NCBI RefSeq assembly: GCF_006345805.1
Contig: NC_043003.1
Coordinates: forward strand, 75,826,001-75,890,000
Length of the DNA: 64,000 nt
Source: Octopus sinensis
Taxonomy: Eukaryota
Direction of reading: 5' to 3'
Positions 1-11,075 of this stretch are shown here, piece by piece. A program made the translations under genes and the position numbers. Every line of letters begins with the position of its first letter. The first letter of the stretch is position 1. A model generated the notes under the pieces. It worked only from the letters and a program-made list of their open reading frames with translations. It was not told the origin of the DNA and ran no database searches.

Positions 1-29
1 AAAAGTAAAAAAAGTGAAAGAGCTATCCT

Positions 30-1400
30 CCTTAGACCATAAGTGATAATGTTGAAAATATATCAAGTCCGTCAGGAATAGGCGGAAATTTTCTATTCTT
101 CAAAATATATTTATAGATATGCATGCAACTACTGAACATTTCTGACCTGCAGCTCAATAGAGAGTTAAGGATCTTAGATCTGCACTCTTTTAGCCAATGT
201 CTACATTTATTTGATTCATTCACATAAGGTATGGATTTCTCATTTACTTTCCATTTAATCACACGAGGTGTTTCGTAAGTCCATACGTAGCTAGCCAACT
301 TAGTAGTTTTACCAATTTCCCTATGTCTGAAGGAGGTTATGTGATCGGCATAGTGATTTTTAAATTCACCTTCACACAATCCAATATAGGTCTTCTTACA
401 AGTTGTATTATTATTTAGGGTTGTAGTAACTTCTGCCGATAGATTAAGTCATACATCTCTGGTCAAGTGGGCAGGATCCTGGGTCGCGTCAGTTGCAACT
501 GGATTCAGGCTTTTGGTGTTGATTACGTGTAGTGATACTCTTCATATTGGAGCAGTAGTTATATGATAATTTCACAGGAAGCCTATTGAATATTTTTCTG
601 TACCTGTGAGTTGCTCGAAAGTATTTATTTAGGATAGACAGGAAGCTTTTACCAATGTGAGTTTTCGTATTAAGGGAACCAAATAGTTTTCGTGGCCTCT
701 TTTTAGGTTTCTTCTTATCCTGATTAATACTAAAGTGGTTATGTAATACTTTATCTTTGTTGCCACTAGATCTATTATTAATATTTTGATTATTAGAGGG
801 ATTCTATATTAATTTATCTTTGAGGCCACTATTGGTTAGGGCCTTGTTATAATAGGGGGCAGCTTTCTCGAAAATTTCTTTGAAAGAATAGAGGTTATAC
901 ACTTTGTTACTAATATTAGCTATCAGGATTTTAAATACTAGAGGAAGGTGCCAAGACTGTTTATGTATATATGCGAGTTTCTCATAGGGATTATCTAAAG
1001 ATTTATATGAGGAGTTTAAATGTAGGGAAACATCTAAATCATAAACTATAGAGAGATTAGTGGCTACTGTAATTTGAAGTCCTAATAGATTTAAGGTAGA
1101 AATGTGTTGCTTCCTAAATCTATCAAGGGTGTGACCATCACATTCATGAGAAATACCCAAACCATCGTCACGGTATAGGTCATTGATATGAGATGGGTAT
1201 CTATACCTCAATGTGCTTAATATAAATAAATCTACAAGATCACAGACGTCAGCACTATCATGTGACCCCAGATATACATCAAATAGTTCATCATTATGCG
1301 ACGTTTTTACCCATGCTAAGCCTTCTATTACAGTAATACACTTATTCTATTGTTGAAGACCAGCAATTTCCCTAATTCTATTATTAATATTTCTAAGTAT
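30..1400 (-). mobile_element. Penelope-like retroelement remnant: RT core to GIY-YIG endonuclease, with stops and frameshifts
   Basis: Minus-strand translation gives FDVYLGSHDSADVCDLV...DLYRDDGLG (RT, 1150-1320) and the thumb KLAYIHKQSWHLP. It then gives CN*RDPGSCPL and KTYIGLCEGEFKNHY...TKLASYVW (GIY-YIG), plus the C-terminal Cys/His tail. Confidence 0.9.
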
Positions 1401-1563
1401 TTTTTTTTAGATACTAGCCTAATTTCAGATCTATATATATATATATATCAGTGAGAGAGAATTATATTACAGTAGAAGAAATAGCTAAGTTTTTTGCTGG
1501 TGATTCCCAAAAGTTCGGTGTGTGGTAAAGTAAATTATTTTACTGAACCCTATTTTTATAAAG

Positions 1564-1624
<61 letters not shown>

Positions 1625-1628
<4 letters not shown>

Positions 1629-3260
1629 TATATTTATACATTATTTATATTATTATATGATCGAACGCCACGCATCTTTTTCCAAGTAAGTTTTATCTTA
1701 ATGATTACGATGCGCACTGTTCTATCTCTACTATCCCTCCTCTATCTATCTCTCTTCTTCATTATTTCTGCTTTTCTCTCCCACCCTTCCCTATTCTTCT
1801 TCTCTCCCCTTCACTGTTCTCTATCTATCACTCCTCCTCCTCGATTCTCTTGTCGCTGACACGTGACTAAAGGAAATCTATCTTTCTGCTCACTACCCTC
1901 GTAAAGACAAAGTGTGCTTATACAATCTCATCCTCGTCCTCCTAGCGTTCATAATCATTTTTCTATAGTCTTGGCTTAACGGCTCTCACCGTTTGTTTTT
2001 ACTGTCTTGTTCTCACTGTCCTGTTCTTATTATCACTTTTATCCTCTGCAAAAAAAAACAAATTTATTTAATTTGCTTTGCGGGAAGGATTGTATCAACG
2101 AAGTCGCGTATTGTCTTTGCCTTCGAACGTGGAGTATATGAAACAGGGACAACTGATGAAGGGGAATATTATTTATGTTGCAAGTCTCGTTTCTCTGTTT
2201 GTTTTTTCGTTGTTTGAAAAAAAGTTAGATTTCTGTTTCTGTTTTGTCTCATTGTGTTCATACCCACAGATGCAACTAAAACCTTCGTTAAAGAAAGGAA
2301 GCCTTACAAAGATTGAAGAATGACAACTCAATCATCCTAAAAGATGCCGATAAGGGAGAGGTGATAGTAATAATGGACAATGATTGTTATATAGATAGAA
2401 TATAGGAAATGTTAATAAACCAAACCTACTACAAGGAAGAGCCAAAACACTTAGAAAAAACAATAATGAATAAGATCAGAAGACTAATCAATATATTCCA
2501 AGAAGGCTTCCTCACAATGCAGAAATACCCCTTAGGATTAATTGATAAGGGAATTAAAAATGTGATGAAACTGAACATTACCCAACTACAGACACCTAAG
2601 GAAAAAAGTTAATGAAAATACGATTCCTTTCGTTAACACACACAGTCCTGCAATAAGCAACATCTTTCACGCCATAAAATCGAACTTACATATACTCCTA
2701 CAAAGCCCCAAAATGAAAAATCTGATTGAAAAAAAAACTTACAGAATAGCAGACGCCAACCAAAAACTCCTCACAAGGGCAGAATTCAAATCAGAGAATG
2801 AATCAGAATTCTTTGTAAAAGAGTGACAGAGTGTGGAGATAGGAGATGTGGAACATGCTACAACACCAACAACTTCGAATACTAGGAAAGTGGTTCCCAC
2901 ATAAAATTCAAGAGCTGATCCGTTTTCAAAATAAATGCAGATATGAACTGCAAAACGCAAAACCTCATTTACCTGCCCAAACTGCAAAGAAAATTATATT
3001 GTCGAAACAAATAATTCCCTCTGCCAACGTTCTAGTATCCACAGACAAATCATCTGACAAGAGGAATTATGCAAGATTCCATTAAGTAAGCATCTGGAAA
3101 TATGCAGCGACGGAAAATTCAAAATTTTTTCCTTTTACAAATGTGCACGGGTGGATCCGCAAGACTGAAAAGCAATCGAACAATATTTCTTCAAAATATT
3201 CTCTCCAAAAGTCAATGTTTGATAGAAAAGTGGAGACAGTACATTTTGTGTTATACTAAT
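1625..3260 (+). mobile_element. Penelope-like element, internally deleted: pLTR-like 5' region followed by RT N-terminus and GIY-YIG fragments
   Basis: IILKDADKGEVIVIMD at ~2330-2380 is the PLE RT N-terminal motif. CGDRRCGTC follows at ~2830-2850, then CKENYIVET at ~2983-3009 (degenerate YIG). 1625-1700 and 2040-2265 match dispersed copies at 4.8-5.1, 8.2-8.5 and 37.1-37.4 kb. Confidence 0.8.
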
Positions 3261-3534
3261 GTTCTCTGGTGCAAAAATATGAAATTGAAATAGGTGTGAT
3301 CAGAGTTACACAGTATAAACATGGACATGTTCCCAAACACACAGACACACACATAAACACGCACACACATACACGTGCACACTTCATCAAGATTCTCTCC
3401 AAAATTGAATGTTTGAAGCTAAAGTGGAGAATTGGCATTTTTTATTCCAAATGTGACTCATCTCTACAAATGTCTAGATATATATATATGTGGGTAGCAT
3501 TGCGATGTTTTAGTTGTACGTATATATGTATACT

Positions 3535-3876
3535 CTTTCACTCTTTTACTTGTTTCAGTCATTTGACTGTGGCCATGCTGGAGCACCACCTTTTTAGGCG
3601 AGCAAATCGACCCCAGGAATTATTCTATCGGTGTCTTTTGCCGAACCGCTAAGGTACGGTGACCTAAACACACCAGCATCGGTTATCAAGCAATGTCGCG
3701 GGGGGACAAACATACACACACACACACACATACATACGACGGGCTTATTTCAGTTTCTGTCTACCAAATCCGAGGCTATAGTAATAAACAGTTCCCCAAG
3801 GTGCCACGCAGTGGGACTGAACCAGGGACCATGTCGTTGGTATGTAAGCTACTTACCATACAACCACTCCTACGCC
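3535..3876 (-). mobile_element. tRNA-derived SINE (family A)
   Basis: Minus strand starts GGCGTAGGAGTGGTTGTATGGTAAGTAGC...GGTTCAGTCCCACTGCGTGGCACCTTGG (A/B-box-like). The body and tail match copies at 50.6, 59.4 and 59.9 kb. Confidence 0.85.
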
Positions 3877-3956
3877 TATATTATATATATATATATATAT
3901 AATATATATATATGGAGAATATCATATCGATAGTTGATCTGCTTCTTCTAAAGCCA

Positions 3957-4170
3957 CACTACGATTCCGGATAGATTCGAGAAGCAAGTAGTTGTAGCCT
4001 GGCCAGGATAACGCGGGCAAAGGTCTTTCCAACAGTGCTTAGAAGGGATATACCACGGTAATTGTTACAATCACCACGGTCACCTTTGTTTTTGTAGAGC
4101 GTAATGATGTTGGCATCCCGCATATCCTGAGGGACTGTACCCTCTTCCCAGCACTGACACAGAAAGGATG
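3957..4170 (-). mobile_element. RTE-clade LINE reverse transcriptase fragment (uninterrupted frame)
   Basis: CQCWEEGTVPQDMRDANIITLYKNKGDRGDCNNYRGISLLSTVGKTFARVILARL is the canonical RTE/BovB-like RT domain 0-1 region. Confidence 0.9.
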
Positions 4171-4185
4171 CCAATACAATACAAT

Positions 4186-4240
<55 letters not shown>

Positions 4241-4735
4241 TTCATTTTATTATTCTTTTTCAAATATTATACTACAGCTTTTTTCATACAGAACTACGTT
4301 TCATCAAAAAATTCCCTCCAAAATATAATGTTTGGAAGGGGAGACAGTGCATTTTGTATTATAAATATAATTCAAAGAGGAGAAAGAGAAAGAAAGAGGG
4401 GGAAAAGAAGGAAAGGATAAGAGAGAAAGAAAGCCAAATGTTGACTAAACCGCACCTGTATATTTATTTATTTATTTATTTATTTGTAGAGGTCACCATC
4501 CTTAAAACCAGTCCAATACAATAGTAAAGAACTGAATAAATAAATGAATGGTGAATAGGGAGGTGGGATACTCCTTCTCTCTCACTCTACCTATCTATGT
4601 ATCTCTCTGACTATCGATCTATATATCGATATTTCTATATATATCTATCACCCTATCTACATACCTATATTTCTATCTACCCATTTCCATTGTCATGGAA
4701 CCTTACCCCACAAAAAAAACAATCATACCTAACAT

Positions 4736-4775
<40 letters not shown>

Positions 4776-4789
4776 TAAATAAAACATAT

Positions 4790-5110
4790 GCATATATATA
4801 AACATATATGTACGTACCTACCTCTACATGTATATATACACGCATATATAAGTACAGGACACCAAAAGGACGTCGAACACAATGAGAAACGAAAACATAG
4901 ACACAAACCCAAGGAACTGGACATTTTTTTAAACAACAAAAAAATGGAGTACATGACAATTAACACAAAGAATAAAACCCTTCTTCAGTCGCCATGGTTC
5001 ATCTACTCTACGTGTCGAAGGTGAAGGCGAGACGTATCTTCGATAAGAAACTTTCCTTCCTGCGAAAAGCAAATCAATTAAAATTTGAGATCTTTTCGCA
5101 GAGGGGTAAA
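4790..5110 (-). repeat. Dispersed copy of the PLE pLTR-like unit
   Basis: The reverse complement aligns by eye with 2040-2265 and 37130-37410. Confidence 0.75.
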
Positions 5111-5264
5111 AATGGTAACAAAAACAGGACAGTAACGACAGTACAAAATATAAACAGTAAAAGACAGGACAAGGAAAAACAAGATAAGAAGGGCTGTTAA
5201 CGCCGAACGAGAAAAAGTATTACGAACGCTGATTTTTGTGAACGACGAACGGAGCAAAAAGAAT

Positions 5265-6830
5265 TGAGGGTGGATGACTTGACTCTTTGTTAATATCAAA
5301 TAGCTTTTCGTTGGGGTTATGGTAGGGTTTAAATTTATCTAATTGCAAATCAAAGTCAATATCTAAGAATATCAACATTATGTATGTTACTTTCCGTCGT
5401 TATCAGTACGCCCATTCTTTGGAAGAAAGATTATTCATAAATCTGTGTAACTCATGACCCTTTAAATCACGGGTGACTATAAGACCGCCATCCCTGTATA
5501 ATCCTGGATCTATAAAAGGGAATTCCAGATGCTGGTTATGCAACATATAAGCTTCTATAAGTATATATAATTCGGCTACATTATATGACTCCATCATTAC
5601 ATCGAATAAAGAACCCTCCCCCTTTTTAACCCAAGTGGAATCACCGTAAAAAAGGAGGGATTTCCTTGCATGCGGGATGATTTTTAAATCAGCGTTATCG
5701 ATGGTGGCATATGGTTTGGCGAACTGTAATGCTTTAAGAAGTAAAGGCCTGGATAATGACGAGTAAAAATCGATAATTTATAGCTAATTCCTTTGAAGCA
5801 GTCTATCACTGACTTACTATTTCCCTAAATCCGTAAATAAATTTCTTCATTTAGCTTGTTTAAAATAGAATCTAAAATATTTTTGCTAATAAGACCTATT
5901 TCTGTTTTAGTTGGGTTAATTAGCCTACATTTAGGGTTTGTATTGAAGTTGGCTTTGTCGTCATTAAGGGTAATAAAGTGTTTGCGTGGGAGCGGTATTC
6001 TATCCTATCACTAACTTTAAGATTTTTAGCAAACCTACCTTCTATATTCACCTCTTTATATAAATTCGTGTTATCATTTTTGTAGGTGCCTGTACTGCAA
6101 TTTGAAAGAAGATGTTTGTAAAGATCTTTTAGAAACGTGTAAAGGTTTTTTTGTTTTATCGGAGTTTACGAAAATTTTATCTGAGTTCATTATATTTTAA
6201 TTTTTTCTTTCACATCACTCTGTAGCGGATTGCTGAATTTACGGAATTTTTATTCTTCTAACAAGCTCGAAAAGGTCTTTTTCAAAAGTTTCTTATTCCA
6301 AAATAGGTGGTGGGTTTTTAGAAGATTTAAATCCATATATCTTTTCGTTATTCTGTTGTTTCGTGTCAAAGAAGTGAACTTTTTATCTCATTCTTCAGAC
6401 AAAATCTTTTTTTTCAATAAGATTTTTGAGGTATTGCTTCTGCGCCGGGATATGTATGTCTTTTAGAGAAAATCTAGTGGCTGGGGATCCATGTCTTTCA
6501 GCTATTTCTTCTTCCTATTTGTGGAGAGTCGCACAAACTTTCTTAAAAATGAGCGGATTACACCAGAGTAAGTATGTAAATGTGCAACAATGTGGAAAAA
6601 CTAGTACTCGAATACCGGAGTAAGCTGCAAAAACACCACAAAAGCTGTAACTCAGCGTTTCACGTTCCCTTGAAAGACGAGGGCATTTGAATTGCTGCAG
6701 ACACGCGACGAGTTTTAAAATGTCAACTGAAAAAAGAGCGTAAGGGTGATTTTTTGACTTTCTCATTTGAATTTGGCTTATACGCCTAAAATATAGACAT
6801 ATTTTAGTATTACAATGGTGGTACATATTT
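5265..6830 (-). mobile_element. Penelope-like element, 5' region plus ORF N-terminus through RT core (degenerate)
   Basis: Minus strand gives SLKDIHIP...RMR*KVHFF...YGFKSSKNPPP, then IIDFYSSL...HARKSLLF...WVKK...FDVMMESY, then PGLYRDGGL, then KPYHNPNEKLFDINKESSHPP. The probable ATG is near 6492. Confidence 0.9.
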
Positions 6831-7185
6831 CGCCTTCATATTTTACATTCGAGTTTTTAGAAAGCCTTCCATTGTTTAGCAAATTTAAATATAAATTTTT
6901 CCCGAAGTAAAATTTTACTAATTTTTACTCATTTTCATATTTTAATTTTCAATTTTAAATTTATATTTTTCAAATTTACATTATGCTTAATCATATTATA
7001 TCAATTTTCTTATTTTAATATTCAAAACACCAGACAGTTTTTAATATTTTGGATGCATATGTTTATATATATATATATATATATATATATGCGTGTCTAC
7101 ATGGGTGCGTTTTTATGTGTGTATCTTTGCAAGCTTACAGAAGTATCTAATATTGTTAGTGTTTGGGAACGCCAGCTTCCAAATC

Positions 7186-7244
<59 letters not shown>

Positions 7245-8119
7245 ATTCTTTCTCCCCCTATCTGTTTTTCTATATTGTTCTCTTTCTCTTTCAATTTTCT
7301 GTTCCTCTTTTTTCCCCTTTCTCTTACCACTTATTGTTTTCTGATTTCCTTTTTCTTGACTTCCTTTTTCTAACTCACAACAACTAAATTGTACATTTAT
7401 AAATACGCATGGAGACTTATTATGTATGTATATTTATGTACGTAGATACCTTGCAATATACAACAGTAAGTATATATATATATTGCCTGTATTTGTTTGT
7501 ATATGTATGTAGGCATCTACCAACGTTTGTATGTTTATTGTATATATATGTATGATAAACTTAGATAAACTTAGATATGTTTCGACCAAAGATTGGTCAA
7601 GGCCATGTCTAACTTAATAGCACCACCTGAGTATTTTTGGTATATGTTTCTAAAAGTTAATGTATATGTATTTTTATGATGTTAGTTCTTTGGAAGTGAA
7701 TATTTTTGGTATAAATGAATATAAATTTAAATTTATTTTACCATTAATTAATTTACCCTGAGTATAAGGATTTTCCCGTCTACTAATGCTAATTTTTGAT
7801 TTAAGGTTTACTTCGATTTTGAATAAGATTTTAAATCATAATTCCAATTTTATATAACCCGTTATAAGACCGTTAGTTGAAGGGACCAATGAAACAAAAA
7901 AGCAAGTTCAAATGTGTATCTATCACTGTATTGTATATTTATACATATAACCTTATTTTTTGTTCCATTCTCAACCAAAACTGTCCGACGAACGTGAAAC
8001 ACTGACTAACCGTTTGGTTTGAAGCTTTATTAAACACACACATATATGCATATATAGGGAGAATTCACACACACAAAAAAGACGAAGACAGGTGGTGTAG
8101 AAAGCAAAGAGATGCATTA

Positions 8120-8460
8120 ATATAACGCTCGGGAAGTGGAAAAGTGTTTTACGTTTCGAGCCTACTTTCTTCAAGAAAAAGGGACACAGAAAGAAACAAG
8201 AATAGAAAAAAAATTGTGTAGTGGCTACCGATCTATCAACGAACTTTTCGAAAAAATTTTCTTTTCAATATTTTCATTTTTTATGTTCTCGTTTCTCATT
8301 TTGTTCACGTTTATGTCCTGTACTCAAGTATGCATGTATATATATACATATATATGTAGGTATGTACATATATGTATGTATATATGCATATATTTATATA
8401 TTTTTTTATATTATTATAAGATCGAACGCCACGCATTCATTTCCAAGTAAGTTTTATCTA
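8120..8460. repeat. PLE pLTR-like fragments, including a degenerate hammerhead relic on the minus strand
   Basis: 8240-8460 matches 37075-37250 (reverse) and 1625-1700, including the shared GATCGAACGCCACGC...CCAAG motif. Confidence 0.65.
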
Positions 8461-8475
8461 TCTATCTATATATCA

Positions 8476-8531
<56 letters not shown>

Positions 8532-8651
8532 CATCCAATATTTCCTGTAGTTATTTAACAGTGTCTATGTACTTACGTATCATGTTTTCTTTAGATCTAT
8601 GTATCTATTGTCTTTCTCACTTTCTCTCTTTCTCGATCACTTCTTATGTGT

Positions 8652-8688
<37 letters not shown>

Positions 8689-9129
8689 TTTAATTTAGCA
8701 ATGTGTATATGTATCTATACTATCAACTTTTCTTTCGATCTATGTATCTACTATTCTTGCGATGGGATAAACATTGAAAAACACAAAACAAACGCCATCA
8801 CCACTCACTATTCCTCTCACTCTTTCTCTTTTTCTCTTTTACTCTCTATTATTCTCACCCCTCTCCAGTTTTGCCACTCACTTCTTCCTTTGAAGTAAGT
8901 GTGACACTCTCTATAGGTACGTATGTATAGAAAGAACACGTTGGCATATTAATATTATTGATAATTAATATATTTGGAAAATTTATCTATGAGCTTTTAA
9001 TTTTCGTGCTGACTTGAAAAAATCATGAATGATTTTATCCTTTGTTATATAATTTATATTTATTTACATATATGGATTTGTTTATTGACATATATATATA
9101 TATAGGCGTTGTATCCATTCACGGTTAGA

Positions 9130-9590
9130 CGATGATGAGAGGAACAAACACACACCCACACACACATATATATGTGTGTGTGCGTCTATACAAACATATA
9201 TGTAAATATGTATACAACCTTCAGCAAAGTAACAGTCATGTACACAACTTGGACGGACACATGCCAGTACACGGACATACGTTCACATACACATACACAT
9301 GTGCACACTCTCACAGACACATCTGTCCATTCTCCTAGACACTCACATACATACGTAGCACATGAATACAAACATACATACATACCTACGTATGGGCATA
9401 CACACGTACATACGCACGTACATGTACGCACACACATACATGGGCACATGCACACGAGCGCGTATACATACATACGCACATGCGTACGTATGTACATACA
9501 CACATACATACACACATACATACATACATACATACATACATACATACATACATACATACGTACATACATACATACGCACAATAGTAAAAC
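9130..9590. repeat. Degenerate CA/TACA microsatellite field
   Basis: Directly visible. It generates the HT/YV-repeat pseudo-ORFs. Confidence 0.9.
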
Positions 9591-9974
9591 AATAGTTCTG
9601 TGATATAGAGATAAAATTCTGATAATAGATTTTAGGGTATAGTTTTGGGAGTAAGCGTCATAAATCACTTTCTAGCTTCGGCCGTAGGAAGTTGAAACTT
9701 GATAGCTTTGTGATGAGTGGTCACTCTACATCCATCCATCGCTACAGGTTTATAGCTTTATGTTTTATAGAGTGTATGTGCGTGCATATACACACACATA
9801 CATACATACATACATACATACATACATACATACATACATACATACATACATACATACATACATACATACATACATACATGCATACACAGGCCTATGTGCG
9901 TACATGCATACGTACATACATACACACATGTATGCATACATACACACATACATACGTACATATATATGACGAAC

Positions 9975-10180
9975 TAACTGTTACTTTCTTAGATGCAGCA
10001 CGGACTTTGTCAGTGAACAGGTCGCAGATTTTAGCGACGAAAATATTTTGACAAATTAAACTTAAATGTTGAAGTGAATCGAACGGCTTTTGTGTGTTTC
10101 TGAAATGGCTTATAAACACCTTCCACGCTGCAATTGTTTTCGTTTCAGCACACGATCTCAGATCAAATTACTTGCTATGC
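9975..10180 (+). repeat. Unclassified dispersed repeat, second copy at 60443-60540
   Basis: GCACGGACTTT...GAACAGGTCGC...AGCGACGAAA..TATTTTG.CAAATTAAA.TTAAATGTTGAAGTGAATC is shared by both copies. Confidence 0.7.
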
Positions 10181-10193
10181 GAGTACATCTCCG

Positions 10194-10229
<36 letters not shown>

Positions 10230-10480
10230 CCACCGTGGGCCACTGCATCGAACACTTTGAACATATACTTCAAACTATATATCAACTATACATGAACTCT
10301 AAGATGTCTGACTCCGTTGTGTATTATAAATGAATTTCTTGTGTTTGACGACATGAGCTGTATTTTTTTATATATAACTTTTTTTGATAAAGTTCATTTC
10401 AGGAACTGAAACATGTTATAATGTATATATATAAAATTAAAAATTGTATAATCCAGCAGCATTTTCGAACTTCATTTTTT

Positions 10481-10557
<77 letters not shown>

Positions 10558-10894
10558 ATATATGTATATGTATATACATATACATGCATACATGCATACA
10601 TACATACGTATATACGGACGTTCGAGTATGTATGGTCAGATTTCTATCGGTTTCAACGACGGATAGATAAATATTCAATCTGTGATGAATTGTATTAAAT
10701 ATCCTCTTTGATTTATAATTTGCAATCCACGTCCAATACATATATATGTATATGCGTAAATGTGATTGTATGTGGTGGTGTTTGCCTGCATAGAAGATGC
10801 ATACGTATAATTGCGAGAAGAATGTCAGAAATACCAAGGGACATCTGCACTTAGTAATTGCGTGTTGATAAATTCTGATTATACGTAATTATAT

Positions 10895-11075
10895 AAGCAG
10901 AATCGTTTTATACTCGAACAAAATACCTGGTGGTATTTCTTAAACGTTTGCGTTCAAAACCCACCAAGTTTAACTTTGTGTCTCTTCCTTCCGGGGATGA
11001 TAAAATAAAGTATCGCTCGAGTACTAGTGGCAGTGTGATTGGATAAGTCACTCACCTGAAACGATACAATTAATA
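10895..11075 (+). mobile_element. Degenerate SINE (family B)
   Basis: GCAGAATCGTT...GCGTTCAAAACCCACC...AACTTTG...CTTCCGGGG.TGATAAAATAAAGTA resembles the copies at 26.2 and 33-35 kb. Confidence 0.55.

Noticed and set aside
7575-7612. Minus-strand GACC-AAUCUUU-GGUC-GAAAC-AUAU hammerhead-like half
   Set aside because: No CUGANGA and no NUH triplet. It is at best a relic.
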